Counted from the stretch's first letter, positions 26,096 through 40,456 are shown. The stretch: 64,000 nucleotides of DNA from Callorhinchus milii (GCF_018977255.1 NW_024704742.1:105898001-105962000), one strand, 5' to 3'. Notes: a model not told the origin generated them from the sequence alone. Program-made: numbers and translations.

Positions 26096-26936
26096 TCTAA
26101 GTGAACATTTCAACTGCAATTGACTTATTGTAATTGTCTTGAGCAAGTGATATCAGTTGGTAGGTGGCAATAATAGAACAGACTTCATGGTAAGTACTCA
26201 TCGTGTGACAGGAGAATGTAGCACGAGGAAAGATATTTATTACGATTTATCACAAGACAATTTGATAGATTATACAATTCATATGAAATCAATTGTACTG
26301 GATGAAAGAAAGAGCTTGCATTTTTATAGTGGATTGTTTCGTCAGAACATCTAACAGCACTTTAGAGAAATTACTGTTAAGTGCAATGACTATTTTTGTA
26401 GGTAACTGTGACAGCCATTTTTTGCAAGTCATGTGTCAACAGAGAGCTGTCAAGTGAATGAACAATTTATCTGGAGGATTGTTGACCAAGACACCAAGAG
26501 AAATTCCCTTCTCTAGTGTCATGAGTCTTTCATATCCATTTGAAAAACATGCTGATGGGACCTTGGAAGAACAATGCCTCTGACATAGAAATTTCCCCCA
26601 GTACTGAACTGAAATGTCAGTACGGACTATAAACTCAAATCCCGATGTATAGTTGTGTTGCCAGAATAAATAGTTACCTCAAATCAGCTAACAATATATA
26701 ATAATAATGCATGCATTTGATATAGTGCCTTCACATCAGGAGGACAAAGTGCTTCACAGGATTTACTGTAAGGTTGTGACTGTATTTTGTCGGTTAGGCA
26801 AACATATGTTGATTTGCTTGCTGCTTGGGGTTGCTATGAGAGAGCATGGCAGACCTGTGGATATGCATTTGGCTTCCTCGAATCCAAAATTGAGGGAATC
26901 TGCTCAGCTGCCTCTGCCACTGCATCTGGAGTCCTT

Positions 26937-27265
26937 TGGAGTCCTGTAGCTCAGTGGTTAGAGCACTCGCTTTGCAAGTGAGAGACCTGAGTTCAATTCC
27001 AGGCAGAGGGCGAAACCTTGGGCAAGTTTCCTTACTCCACACAGAGCCTAATAATAATCCCTCCAAAACCAAAAACAATAACAAATTGGTCATTTTCAAT
27101 CTACGACTGTTTGTGGGACATTGCTGTGCGCAATTGGCTGCCGCGTTCGCCCACAAATATACAGTCAATTCACTTTACAGTGTGTTCTGTGAAGCGCTTT
27201 GGGATGTCCTCCTGACGTGAAAAGCGCTATATCAAATGCAAGGATTATTGTTATTATTATTATTA
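26937..27265 (+). mobile_element. Young tRNA-derived SINE, full length
   Basis: Near-identical to 13302-13622. Confidence 0.93.
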
Positions 27266-28830
27266 TCTACTACCCCTTCTCCATCTCCTCCTCCCACCCC
27301 AGCCCCTATCCACACCTCTCTCCACACCTTTGAACCCGTCTCCCCCCTCCTCTCTCATCACCACCATAACCCGTACTAAACCCACCACCTGCTCCCTGGA
27401 TCCCAACCCTACGCCCCTCCTTACCTCCCAGCTCCACCTCCTTGCCCCTCTATTCACTGACATTGTTAATCTCTCCCTGTCCTCTGCTACTGTTCCCAAC
27501 CCTTTAAAAAATGCTGTCATCACTCCTATCCTTAAAAAACCTTCCCTGGACCCTTCTCTACTCTTTAACTACCAACCCATCTCCAACATCCCCTTCCTCT
27601 CCAAGGTCCTGGAACGAGTTGTTGCTTCTCAGCTTCGCTCCTTCCTCTCCCGCCACTCCCTTCTCAAACTCCTCCAATTGGGCTTCCATGCTGCCCACAG
27701 CACAGAAACCGCCCTGGTCAAAGTGACAAATTACATTCTGTCCATCTACGACCAAGGCTCCCTCTGCCTGCTCATCCTCCTTGACCTCTCTGCTACTTTC
27801 GACACCGTCGACCACTCCATCCTCATCCACCACCTCTCCTCTCACCTCAACCTCCATGGCACTGTCCTTGATTGATACCTCTCACACCATCTGCACTTCA
27901 TCTCCTCAAATGGCTTCTCCTCCGTCTGACAGAATGTCTGTCAGATATCAAGTCCTGGATGAGAGCTATCTTTCTTCAGTTGAACGTCAACAAGACCGAG
28001 GCTCTCCTGATTGGCTCCTGTCAGCGCCTCCTCACCTCAGGGGCTGACAGTATCACCATCCAGGGTTGCACACTCAATTTTGCTAAACCAGTCCGGAACC
28101 TTGGGGGTCTTGGTCGACCCTCAACTATCCTTTCTACCCCACATTTGTGCCATGACCCACTCTGCCTTCCCCCACCTCTGCAACGTTGCGCGGCTCCAAC
28201 ACTGTCTCACACTGCAGGCCGCAGAAACCCTCATACACACCTTCATTACTTTGAGGCTCGACTATGAAACTCACTGCTTGTCGGCCTCCCCAACTCCTCC
28301 CTCCACAGGCTGCAGATCATCCAGAACTCTGCAGCCCGTGTCCTCTCCCACACTAGGCTCCGTGACCCTATCACCCCCATCCTTGCCCAACTCCACTGGC
28401 TTTCCATCACACAGAGGATACAGTTCAAGATCCTGATCCTCACCTTCGAAGCCCTCCATGGTCTTGCTCCTCCTACCTCTCCGACCTCCTAACCCCCTAC
28501 CACCTTGTTCGCTCCCTTCGCTCAGCGGGCTCTGGCCTGCTTCACTTCCCCCACCTTGCTCGCCCCACTATTGGTGGGTGGGCCTTCCGCCACTCTGCAC
28601 CCACCCTCTAGAACTCCATCCCACTGTCCCTCTGTCTTGCCCCCTCCCTTGTCACCTTTAAGACCCACCTCAAAACCATCCTTTTTGATCGTGTTTCCAA
28701 TCCCCCTGCTTCCCCCACTGCCACCCCTCCCTCTTCCCCCATCGTGACCCTCAGCTCAGGTCCAGCTCCTTGGGATGTCCTCCCGACATGAAAGGTGCTT
28801 TACAAATGTAATTTTGTTGTTGTTTTTGTT
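27266..28830 (+). mobile_element. L2 LINE ORF2 fragment with internal deletion
   Basis: TTCSLDP, AVITPILKKPSLDP..NYQPISNIPFLSKVLERVVASQL, HSTETALVKVTN, LLDLSATFDTVDH; (GTT)n tail. Confidence 0.94.
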
Positions 28831-28969
28831 GAAGTCTAGAAGGGAGAATGTATTTACTATTGATATATTTTTTCATGGGAACAGGAAAGACAATTAGGAT
28901 AACTAGAAGAAGCAAAGAGGCCTGGTTGCCTACAAGCTTATCCTTAGCTCCTCAACAGGAACAGAGAGT

Positions 28970-30240
28970 TAGAATAGTGGTAGATCAGGAGATCACAGAG
29001 AGGTTTGGATCTATTTGGCCCATTTGATCTCATCCTTCCAGAATACCCACCCAACCTTCTTCCCATGACAATAACAACAACTTGCACTTATATAGTGCCC
29101 TCCAAACAGGGTAGCGTCTCAGTGTGCTTAACAGTGGCAGAACCTAAATCTGAACTGGAGGGGTGGAGGTGGCCATAAGCATGGTCGAAGAGAAAGGTTT
29201 TCAGGTGGGACTTGAAAAAGGGGAGCAAGGTGGAGGGACTGAAGGAGAGTGTTCCAGAGTTTTGGGCATAGTGGCTGAAAGTGCGACCTCCGATGGTGGG
29301 ACGGAGGGTGCGAGGGATGAGCAGGAGGACGGTGCTGGTCGAGCGGAGGTGCTGGGTGAGCTCGAGTGTGAGGATCTTGAAGTCGATCTGTTCGGTGATG
29401 GGGAGCCAGTGGAGCCTGGCTACAACTGGTGAGATGTGGGTACGAAGTTTGGTCTGGGTCAGTATGGGGCAGCAGCGTTCTGAATGAGCTGGATCTTTTG
29501 AATAGTGGAGCTGTGGAGACCGGTGAGGAGTGTATTTGAATAGTCCAGGTGGGAGGCGACAAACGCACGAGGGTTCCAGCTGCATTTGGGGTAAGGTACG
29601 GTCGGGGGCAGGCAATTTGATGGAGGGGGAAGAAGGCGGTCCTGGGCAGGGACTGGATATAGGGCAGGAAGGACAGCTGGGAGTTGAACCGGATGCCTAG
29701 ATTGTGCACTGGTTCGGTGAGTGTAAGGGAGAGCCCAGGGAAGTTGAGGAGTTCAGATCTGCAGGAGTGAAGATGTTGATGGAAGCCAAGGAGTATGGCT
29801 TCCGTCTTGTCCATATTCAGCTGCAGGAAGTTTGCACTCATCCAGGCCCTGATGTCTGCCAGACAAGCTGATAGAACATCAGCAGATCTGGCGTTGGTAC
29901 TGGAGGAGGCAAACTAGATTTGTGTGGCATCGGCATACATGTGGAAGTTTACCCTGTGTCTGTGGATGACATCGCCCAGAGGAAGTGTATAGGTGAGGAA
30001 AGGAAGAGGGCCAAGGATGGAGCTCTGGGACAGCAACAAGTTGTTTCTTAAATGAGTTCATTGTCCTGGCCTTCTCCACCCTTCCAGATAACCTGTTTCA
30101 ACTGTGTATTACCTCCATCTAGTCCTGAAATTGCACTTTACCACCTTGAACTTGTGCTCTCTTGTCCTTCTGATTTGGTGTGTCTGAAAGTGTGCTTTTA
30201 GATGTACTTTTTCAATTCCATTTGGCACCTCTACGATGTC
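28970..30240 (-). mobile_element. Old CR1 3' fragment split by an L2 insertion
   Basis: 28970-29066 plus 30035-30240 together align with the uninterrupted CR1 copy at 62990-63260. Confidence 0.7.
29067..30030 (-). mobile_element. L2 LINE 3' fragment
   Basis: [10 protein letters not shown] region, NFLQLNMDKTEAILLG, LHWLPITEQIDFKIL, IGGRTFSHYA. Confidence 0.92.
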
Positions 30241-32889
30241 TCTTTTTAAGATAATGGGCAATTAAGTGGAGTGTTAGTACTGGATGACAATGAGAGACAA
30301 GCAGAAAAATGGGCAGAAAATGGTGTGGAGATCAGAACAAATGTGAATGCAAAATTACTATGTGAGTCAGAGGCAATGGATAAGGACAAAGAATCTAAGG
30401 AATCAATGCAATGAGAAACCAAGTGTGAGAGAGAATAACAACCCTTAAGGGCAGCCAAGGTACTCTGAAAAACATTACTGTTCTTATGTAACACTTTAAT
30501 TGTATTTAGTCATTATACTTCATACCAGTTGAAATCTTTCCAATGTCCATCTCACATTAGTTTACATTATTTTGTGACTAATGCCACCACAGTACTTCCC
30601 TCTTGAGATGTCATCCAAAACTGCCAGTAGACTTGGTGACAGGGAACAATATGGTCAAAGCCAATCTTCAGATTTCTAGAATAGAAATTCACAGCATAGA
30701 CATAGTGAACAAGGGAAGTTGGTATTTTTTTCTTTCATTCCACTTGATATTATAATGCTAGTATTATGGCAGTCCATTTCTATAGAGTAACACATCCGAT
30801 GGTACTTTTAACAATGCACCACACCTTCGAGCAATGTTGGAGCCACAGTAATGCTACACAGAAAATGACCAGGAGGAAATTAGCAGTCAAAAATTTTTAA
30901 GTCTTCATGGATAAATACTTTTTTTCTTCACCATTTTATACTGTCTATACACAATAGAAAAGGACCAAAAAAATCCACATCGTTTAATTTGTCTTGGCTT
31001 TCAGATTATACTAACAAAAAAAATTTCATTAAGATAGTTCCCCAGTGTCTCATGGTATGTATGTCTGGCCTCTCTCTCCTAGGTTACAAGGTGCCAACAG
31101 GAGAATAACCATTCCATGAATCCATTGCATGTAGAAGCAAATGCTTCAGTTAAAACATTCCCAATGCCATTAACAGGAACAGCGCAGGGTGAAACAAATA
31201 AACAACTTAGTAATGGAGTTTTCCACAGAAATAAAGTACCTTGTAATAGCAGAAAGTATGCAATAAACACTTTCCTCTAAGCTTTGTGGGGCAATTTTAG
31301 TTGCTTGTAAATTGCTCCCTGGAATTCATTTTTACATACAATGTTAGTTAAAGAATATGCATCATATGAAAACGTTTATAAACACATCACCTTTTAATTC
31401 AAAGCGCTGAACAGCAGAAAGAAAGACCGATTGTGATGTCTGGTTTAGCTAGGAATTAAATGTAATTAGTACTGGATTAAACCAGTGAACAACATCTGAA
31501 ATAAATCTCTTCTGCAATGGGAATTCACAAAGTATTCCATTCCCCAGTGCTGTCATCCTTTCATAGCTCATCTTCCCCATTTGCTAAACTTCATTTATAG
31601 TCTTTTTTCTCTCTCTTTTCTGCTGACCCATTTGGATTCTCTTTCTGTGTCCTTGCCCAAGACTGCATCCCACACAGAGCCCAACAAAGACTGAGAAATC
31701 CTTTCCTCTTTCACTGTTTGCATGCCTCTCACATATTATTCCCAAAGAAAATCATTTTTATTGTCCTTTCAGACATCGCCAACCAGCGAGACGTTACGGT
31801 TATAAATATTCACTGAAAAGGAATCATTTTACATCTGTTTTAGCTTGAATGTAAGAAATTGTTAAGCGTGACCTGACCTAGTGGGGGCACTGTGTCTGTA
31901 TACTGTCCCCAAGGTGATAAGGGGAGAAATACTAGGAGTAAGATCTGGTGTCCTGGGGCAATCTGCATTTCTAAATTTGCTGTAAAGGGGCCCAGACCTT
32001 ATATTCTCTTTGGTCTGTAAATGAAACTCAAGCCTCTTCAGAACAACTGCTCAGACAGACTTTGTCCCGGTTTTGAAATGGGTTGATGGAGAAAATCTTG
32101 TATTTGTCAAAGGATTTGCTTCGTGATTAACATGCCTTGGCCAATAAACTTGTAGAATCATAGAAATGCCAGTACAGAAGGGAATCATTTGCCCAATCGT
32201 CCCTGTGCTATGCTAGCTCTCTTCCCTCCTCGGGACTCTAATCCTATTTCACTGGACTTTCCCTATTCCCTTTCATTAAATCTTTTGAAAGTCCTTGGCA
32301 GTAGACTAAAGGAGATGTCTCCCAGTATAGCTAAGCAAGCATTTGTGAGTAAATGTACAGCAGGAGATCCTTGAGAGAGCTCTGAGCATTTCTCTTTCCT
32401 GTAATTAAATGTAGAACAATTCAAGAGTCGTTTTCACGATAATATAACCTGGGGGTGTCTTGTCTTGCAATGCTATATGGATAAAGTACTGCAATGAAAT
32501 GGTAATCCTGGTTATTTTATTATCTTTTAGTGCTCAAGTGCAAGCTATAAGTAGGCTAGAGTTTAGAGACTTATGGCACCCTAAACAAGTCTAAAACAGT
32601 AGCTGACAAATTGTAGTATTATAACACTGGGACTGTCACTGGTTGACACGATCATAGTCAAACTGTGTGCTCTCTTCTGCTGTTGAATCAAAACATTTAT
32701 CAAGAGGCAGACAAAGCATTACTGAACACTCTGGAACCATCGTTCTCTCCCATTAAAGACAGAACATGCATATGTAAAATGCTTGCATTTCAAGTGGGAA
32801 GCATCCCAGAAAGCTTCACAAGGAATTATTGTCAAGTGAAGCACAGTGTTGTCCCATGAATAACCATGAGGTGAATGACCAGTTGTGGG

Positions 32890-33590
32890 TTTACAAAGAA
32901 GTTAGAGCACCAAAACAGGCTACTCGGCCCAACCAATCTGTGCTAGTGTTTATATTCTACACAAGCCTTCACCCATTCCTTACTCCCTCTCACACCTTTC
33001 TATTCCCCTCTGCCTCATGTGAAGGTCCAGCTTCCTCTTGAATGCATCACACTATCTGATTCCGCCATCACTTCAGGCTGCGAGTTCCACAATCTCACTA
33101 CCCTCTGTATGAAGTAATTTGTCCTAAATATTCTTTTAGATCCCTTAGTCGCTATCTCATACTCATATCCCTGGCTATGGACTCCCCAACTAGTGAAAAC
33201 AGCTGATTTATGTTAACCTTATCAAACCCTTTTATAATTTTAAACACTTCTATTTGGTATCCCCCTGAACATCTCTTCTCTAGCAAAAAAAGGCCTAACC
33301 TATCTAGTCTATCCTGATAGCAGTAACTTGCCAGCCCTGGTATCATCCTTGCAAACCTATGCTGTACTCTTTTCATTGATGCTATATCCTTCTTGTATTT
33401 TGGAAATCATAATTGCACATAAATGTGGTCTAACCAAGGTTTGGTATGAATTCAACATCACCTCCTCACTTTCATATTCTATCCCACTTGATATAAAGCC
33501 AAAGACTTCATTGGCCTTATCTATCTGTGCAGCTACTTTTAGAAATTTGTGGGTCTGAAACCCCAGAATCTCTTTGCTGCTCCTCTATCC
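32890..33590 (-). mobile_element. Older CR1 3' fragment
   Basis: RVQHRFARMIPGL..LDRLGLFLLEKR..IEVFKIIKGFDKV. Confidence 0.85.
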
Positions 33591-33594
33591 CTCT

Positions 33595-35370
33595 TAGAAC
33601 ATACATAAGAACAAAAGAATTAGGAGCAGGAGTAGGCCATTCAGCCCCTCGAGCCTGCCCCACCATTCAATAGGATCATGGCTGTTCAATTCTAACTCCA
33701 CTTACCCACCTTATCCCCATATCCCTTAATCCCTTTATCCACAAGAAATCTATCAATCTCAGTCTTGAATATGTTCAAGGACTGAGCATCTACAGCCCTT
33801 TGGGGTAGAGAATTCCATAAATTCACTACGCTCTGAGTGAAGAAGTTTTTTCTCAACTCAGTGCAAAAGGGCTTACCCTAATTTTAAGACTGTGACCCCT
33901 GGTTATAGTTTCTCCAACCAGGGGAAAACATCTCCCACTATCTATTCTATCGTGCCCCATAATAATCTTATAGGTTTCTATAAGATCACTTCTCATTCTT
34001 CTATATTCTAGAGAATATAGGCCTAAATTGTTCAACCTATCCTCATAACTCATCCCCCTCATCCCAGGTACCAATCTAGTGAATCTACGCTGTACCTCCT
34101 CCAAGGCGAGTACATCCTTTCTTAAATAAGGAGACCAAAACTGCACACAATACTCTAGGTGCGGTCTCACCAGGGCCCTATACAGTTGCAGCAAGACTTC
34201 CCTACTCTTATATTCTAACCCTTTTGTAACAAATGCCAACGTACCTTCCTAATTGCTTGCTGTACCTGTAAACTAACTTTTTGTGACTGGTGGACAAGGA
34301 CACCCAAGTCCCTCTGAATGCTAACACTATCTAGTCTCTCCCCTTCTAAAATATAATCTGCTCTACTGTTTTTGCCACCTAGGTGGATGACTTCACACTT
34401 CCCTACATTATATTTCATCTGCCACCTATTTGCCCACTCACCTAGCCTATCTATATCTCGTTGCATTTTTTTAATGTTATCCTCGGTGTTTACTCTCCCT
34501 CCTAGTTTAGTGTCATCCGTGAATTTGGATATATTAAGTTCGATGTCCTCATCTAGATTGTTGATGTAGATTGTAAATAGTTGAGGCCCAAGCACTGATC
34601 CTTGTGGCACTCCATTAGTCACATCCCGCCAATCTGAGAAGGACCCATTTATCCCTACTCTTTGTTTTCTTCCTGTTAACCATTCTTCAATCCATGCAAA
34701 TATATTCCCCTTAATTCCATGGGCCCTAATCTTGTGGATCAACCTTTAATGCAGCACCTTATCGAATGCCTTTTGGAAATTTAAATACACTACATCCACT
34801 ATCTAATCTACTTAATATATCCTCAAAAAAGATTTGTTAAGCATGACTCCCCTTTTGTAAAGCCATGTTGACTCTGTCTAATCATATTGTGATCTTCTAA
34901 GTATCCAACTACGACATCCTTAATTAAGGATTCTAGAATTTTCCCTACCACCGATGTTAGACTAACTGGTCTATAGTTCCCCATCTTTTCTCTCCCACTC
35001 TTCTTAAATAGTGGTGTGATGTTTGCGATCTTCTAATTAATGGAAACTATTCCAGAATCCAAAGAATTTTGGAAGATCAGACCCAAGGCTTCCACTATCT
35101 CATGAGCTACCTTTTTTAAAACCCTAGGAGGCAAACCATCAGGTCCAGGGGACTTGTCACTTTTTAATGCCAACAATTTCCCTAACACCAATTCTTTGCT
35201 AATGTAAGTTTCCCTAAGTTGCTCCCTATCATTAGCCCCTTGGTTCATCTCTATTTCTGGTAAACTTCTTGTGTCTTCTAATGTGAAGACAGAAGCAAAG
35301 TATTTATTTAGGGACTCTGCATATCCTTATCATCCGTTATAACTCCTCCTGTCTCTGCCTGTAATGGCCT
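33595..35370 (-). mobile_element. Younger CR1 LINE ORF2 fragment (RT + C-terminus)
   Basis: KSPGPDG, GVPQGSVLGPQLFTIYINNLD, KFTDDTKLGG, LYRALVRPHLEYCVQFWSPYLRKD; frameshifts present. Confidence 0.95.
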
Positions 35371-35399
35371 GTAATTAGATATCTACCATTTAGACTATA

Positions 35400-37180
35400 G
35401 ACGGTTTCTTTATTTTTCCTGCCAAAGTGAATTGCTTAGCATTTTTCTACATTAAACTTCATTTGCCATCTATCTGTCCATTTCAGCTGGGTATCTAACA
35501 CATGCAGAAATCCATCACCATGCTTAAGAGCTGCTGAGGGACAGATGCTGGAATAAAGAAATGTCCGCAGACCGCAGAGATAATATTTTATCTTGAATGG
35601 CCAGTCCCATTGCCGGGCAGAACCTGATCCACTGGTGACCGTCTCCTGCTTGGCCAGTGCGGTTGCTGATGAATCCCTGTTGACTGTCTCCTGATTGGCT
35701 TAGGACCTGTGTGTCATCTGTATTTGCTCGTCGGGTAATGAAATTGGAAAAGGTTTGCGGGTCAGATGAAATCATTCACGGGGCTGGATTTGGACTACCA
35801 TGCATAAGAATATCTTAACTAGACAGAGAGTTCCCTGCAGACCACCTATACTGCACTTGGACATTCCAGAGATATTTAATGGAATGCGCACTCTTTCCCT
35901 AAAGGGAAAATATCAGGCGCAGGTTGTCAAGAGCTAAGATTTGGGGACCCCAGAGTGTGCCTTGGGGTACTGGGGGTGTCTAACCAGCTAAAACTGCATA
36001 GCTTGCCATTCAGAGCACTGTCTACAAGCTTTTACACTGCTTGTCCAGATAGGACCACACTACCCATTAGGGCTTTGGCTTCGAGGGTTAACAGGAACTC
36101 CCCTTCCAACTTTTGCTGTTGAGCCAGGTTGGCTGTGCTGTCACCAGCACTGGCTTGCTGGAATAATTGGACTCACCTGGCTCAGGAGCAAGGCTGCGGA
36201 GACAGCCACATAGGGTGGGCTCAATTCCAACATGTGCCAGTCTGTTTATGTTTTCCTGTATTATTATGCAATGTGATTCACTGTTTACCATGGCCCCTGG
36301 TTTGGTGTCATCTGCAGATCTGCACCTCCTATTCGTGAATTCAAGTCATTTATGTATATGGTGAACAATAGCAGTCTTACCGCGGATCCCTGTGGAACAC
36401 CACTTCCTATCTCTTGCCCACCCTAACTCCTATCCTTTGTTTTCAATTTTCTAACCATTCTTCAGTCCATTTTGCTACCTCTTCCACAATTCCACATGCC
36501 CCTATTTAAGACATGAGCCTCTCATGTGGCACATTATCAAAGGCCTTCTGGAAATCCAGACACACTACATCTACTGCATTTCCCTCATCTACTGTATTGG
36601 TAACATCTTCAAAGAATTTGATAAGCAACACTAGGCTGGCTATTTTTCATAAATCCATGCTGGGTGCTGTTAATTATATTCTCCTTCTCGAGATGACTAG
36701 TTATTTTATCTTTTATTAAAAATTCTAATACTTTGCCTACAATTGATATGAAGCTGACTGGCCTGTAGTTTCCTGGATTTGGTCCATCTCCCTTTTAAAA
36801 GTAGATATTACATTGGCCATTCTCCAGTTCTCTGGCACAATCCTTTTCTCTACAGAATTCTTAAATATATATATAATTATATATAATTAAATTATATATA
36901 ATATAACTACCTTGCCCATTCTATTCTTAACAATTTAATTATATGTAATTAAATATATATATATATTATATATACCAGAGCCTCAGCTATCTTCTCCCTA
37001 GTTTCCTTAAATATCCTTGGGTGCAGTCCACCTGGACCAGGTGCTTTATCCTCTAAGCTTGTGTAATTTATTTAATGCCTCCCTTCTCCCTACCACCTTG
37101 CCCATTCTATTCTTACCAATGTTTTCATCAGTTTCCTCTGTGAAAACTGAGACAAAGTTTTCATTTAGTATTTCCACAAG
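35400..37180 (-). mobile_element. Old CR1 RT fragment interrupted by the unclassified repeat
   Basis: CR1 sequence ends near 35480 (..CATTTGCCATCTATCTGTCCAT) and resumes at 36233 (TGCCAGTCTGTTTATG); GVPQGS-, ADDT- and DFQKAFD-like codons on the minus strand. Confidence 0.8.
35482..36232 (+). repeat. Unclassified dispersed repeat, longest copy
   Basis: Starts TCAGCTGGGTATCTAACACATGCAGAAATCCATCACCATGCTTAAG and ends GGCTCAATTCCAACA; homologous pieces at 7633, 23080, 43715 and 52565. Confidence 0.75.
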
Positions 37181-37737
37181 ATTGTTGGATTGGACACTGT
37201 CTTATTTGAACATTAAAAAAAAGCCAAAGAATAAAGAGTGGTGAGGGAGCAGATATGCTAACAATGTGAGTGGGATGTGTAGAGTGACGTGTACCCCTTA
37301 ATGATCTAACTCTTGTGAATGCACTGCCCCAAAACTGGAACTGCATACACATCTGTATTGAACCGTGCTCATCTCTTAATCTTATTTTTTTAAGAAAGCT
37401 GAATAATGGAAATCAAGTTGTGAGTTACAATGCTGTGTGTGCGATTGAGATGGGCAGATAATGTCACAATCTATTAGAATGGAGATCCTAAGTGGTTTGT
37501 CAATGTCACCTGGTGTATTGAGATTGAATTACAGTCATGTAATGTCGTCCCAGCTACATCCTATCATATCTCTTATGTACAAAATGCTTCTTATTTTAAA
37601 TACAGACTTTGAGGCCTGATTAGCCTTCAGGACCATTGTGGCAAAAGATTGTGAGAAATTTTGGAAAATTAATTCTTACTCTGGAAGCCAATTTTAATGG
37701 TTTATATATTGTGGTGTGTGACTTTACAAGGCTATTA

Positions 37738-37985
37738 TAACGTTAAACCAAGGTCCCGTCTGCCTGTTCAGGTGGATGTTAAAGATCACATGGCAGTATT
37801 TGAAATGAGAAGGGAGTTTCTCCCTGTATCCTGGCCAACAGTCCCCCAAATAAAATTGATCACTCATTTCATGGCTGTTTGTGGGACACTGCTGTGTGCC
37901 ATTGTACTACCACCTTTGCCTACAAATACACAGCCACTTCATTTCACAGTAAAATCCTGTGAAGCGCTTTGAGAGGTCCTTCCGA
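37738..37985 (+). mobile_element. Deu-domain SINE fragment
   Basis: GTTAAACCAAGGTCCCGTCTGCCTGTTCAGGTGGATGTTAAAGATCACATGGCAG..TCCTGGCCAACA. Confidence 0.8.
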
Positions 37986-39884
37986 TTTTAAGTGCTCTGA
38001 GACACTACTGTGTGTGGAGGGGATTATATAAGTGCAACTTGTTGTTGATAAAGCGCTATAACAAATGAAAGGATTATTATCATTATTGTCACTTGATAAT
38101 GCGGTGAAAATGGAGTGTTCATTGATTATTTGTTTTATTAATACCACACAGCACGTATTTCTTCTCAAATTAATTTCATTCCTGTTAATTTAGCTACAAG
38201 TATACAGTAAATTCAACAAGTACTTTAATTAAAATGTGAACAATACATTTTCTTCCTGTAATTATAGTTTGTGATTGCTTATATGCCTTCACTGGTGTCA
38301 ACATAACAGTTTTAATTTATAGCCTCTCAGATTAGATTAGACAGAAGGGTTTTTACACAAGTAAAATTAATCATTAAAGCTACCGAAAAACTATTATTGC
38401 TGTGTAGTGTCACTCTGACAATAGGTCTCATTACATTCAGATTAAACACATTTAGACTGACAAACTCTGGGTCCAGCAGTGACGCAGCTTTGGAGTCTTG
38501 TAGGTATTGTACCTGATGCACGTTATGTGTGTCTGATAACACAGTAAAGGCTGGGTGGGGATCGGTGTGTATTAGTAGATGGAGAACTGCTATAAAGCAA
38601 AGATGCATCTAAATATAAATAGACACTCTCATTGGATGATGTTAGTATAGCTGTAGTGGTGGAGATTTCTTCTTGCAACAGGAGGTCCATTGGTTTGATT
38701 CCCTGTCATTTATTGCTATTTAAAATTGCCCACTGAGTTTGGATGAATTTCACTTGTTCTTGACCAGGAAACTGGAACCAAACCAACAATAACAACTTGC
38801 ATTTATGTAGCACCCCTCATGCAGGGTACCATCCCAGAGTGCTTACACAACATGCTGTGGAAGTGCTTCATTGTATCTCAAAGGAAAGGAGGAGTGAAGA
38901 GAAAGAGGAAAAGGCTGCAGAGTCAATTGTATCCCACAGAATTACATTTTCTCTCAGTCAGTTACAAGGCGTCATTAATGGTAGCACTGGAGAGCCCCTG
39001 GGCCATGTCTGTAACTGGAGTTGGTAGCAGACACTGAAAGGTGGCAGTCGGGGGACTAAATTCAGAAAAAAATATTATTTTTGAAAACAACATTACAATA
39101 AATTCAGACATGCTAAAATTAGTCAGTGCTCTTCCATTTGAACAGTTAGTTGCCATTTAATTCTGCTGTCACTTTGCTATAAATCACTACTCAGTGCTAA
39201 TGGGATGTTCTTGTACATAGGTCAATATGTATTGATACCAAATCAGTACGCATATTGTTTAAATGCTAGTCAGGTTCTGTTGTGAAAATAGAAAGTGCTC
39301 TAGCATTTATAATAAGGACTTTCCGTGTAATATAAGTGAGGATCCTGCATGACAAAGCACAATTGGACTACTTGCTGTTAACTGGATACAACAGAGTACC
39401 ATAGAGCAAGCCATTGTGCGGCTGTACAGGTCTAATCCATTTTACATGCATAATACAGAGCCTAGTCACAGATATAATCCAAAATGGACATATTCCATTA
39501 AAACTGAAACAAGATATACTATCTTAAGATAGTGGAGAGATGATCATTATTCACTTTTTTCTGGATTTTCCCACTGTTTACAACACTGTTTATATCCGTG
39601 ATCATTTCTCTGTGCAAACTGGTATTGGCATAACTATGTTTCTTTGTACTTGTATCGGATGCAGCGATGACAATAAGATTGGTACTTGTTGAGTAAAGTA
39701 ACTTCTAATGCGTTTCAGCGGGACAGCAAACGATTTATTGACTTCAATAAACTAGTACTTTTAACAGAAACTCGAAGTACTCATAAGCTAAAATTGTAAA
39801 TCAAGCTCATGCCTACTCATGTACTTCTGGAGCTGTGTCATTCATGAGCTTGACTAGTGCTGTGCATTCGGCTTAAAGTCGTGT

Positions 39885-40100
39885 GGTAGAAATTCCACCT
39901 CCACCTGTATGTCGCATTTCGGAGCATCTAGAATTTGGCAAATTCTCAAAAAGCAACCTTAATTTTGAAGCAGGTTTTCTTTGAGCTACAGAAAAAAACA
40001 GCTTCAAAGTTAAGACTGGATTCAACAATTTGTCAAATTCTGGACACACTGAAGTGGCTACATATATAAAGTAAATCTAGGTCCAGATGAAATTTCTCCT
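39885..40100. mobile_element. Palindromic MITE-like element
   Basis: Inverted arms AGAATTTGGCAAATT/AATTTGTCAAATTCT and CTTAATTTTGAAGC/GCTTCAAAGTTAAG; homologous to 48606-48856. Confidence 0.75.
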
Positions 40101-40160
40101 TTATACTTTGTAAATATAAACATGATAGCAACGATGGCCATTTTGGATCTTGGTTTAATC

Positions 40161-40456
40161 ATAATAATAATAATAATAATCCTTGCATTTGATATAGCGC
40201 TTTTCACGTCTTCTCGATGTCTCAAAGCACTTCACAGAATTTACTGTAAAGTGAATTGACCGTATATTTGTGGGCGAAACGTGACAGCCAATTGCGCACA
40301 GCAGTGTCCCACAAACAGTCATGATTGAAAATGACCAATTTATTATTGTTTTGTTTTGGAGGGATTATTATTAGGCGTGTGGAGTAAGGAAACTTGCCCA
40401 AGGTTTCGCCCTGCTTGGAATTGAACCCAGGTGTTTCGCTTGGAAGGCGAATGCTC
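40161..40456 (-). mobile_element. Young SINE lacking the first bases of its tRNA head, abutting L2
   Basis: (AAT)n tail at 40161; body matches 13302-13622; A box missing at the L2 junction. Confidence 0.9.
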
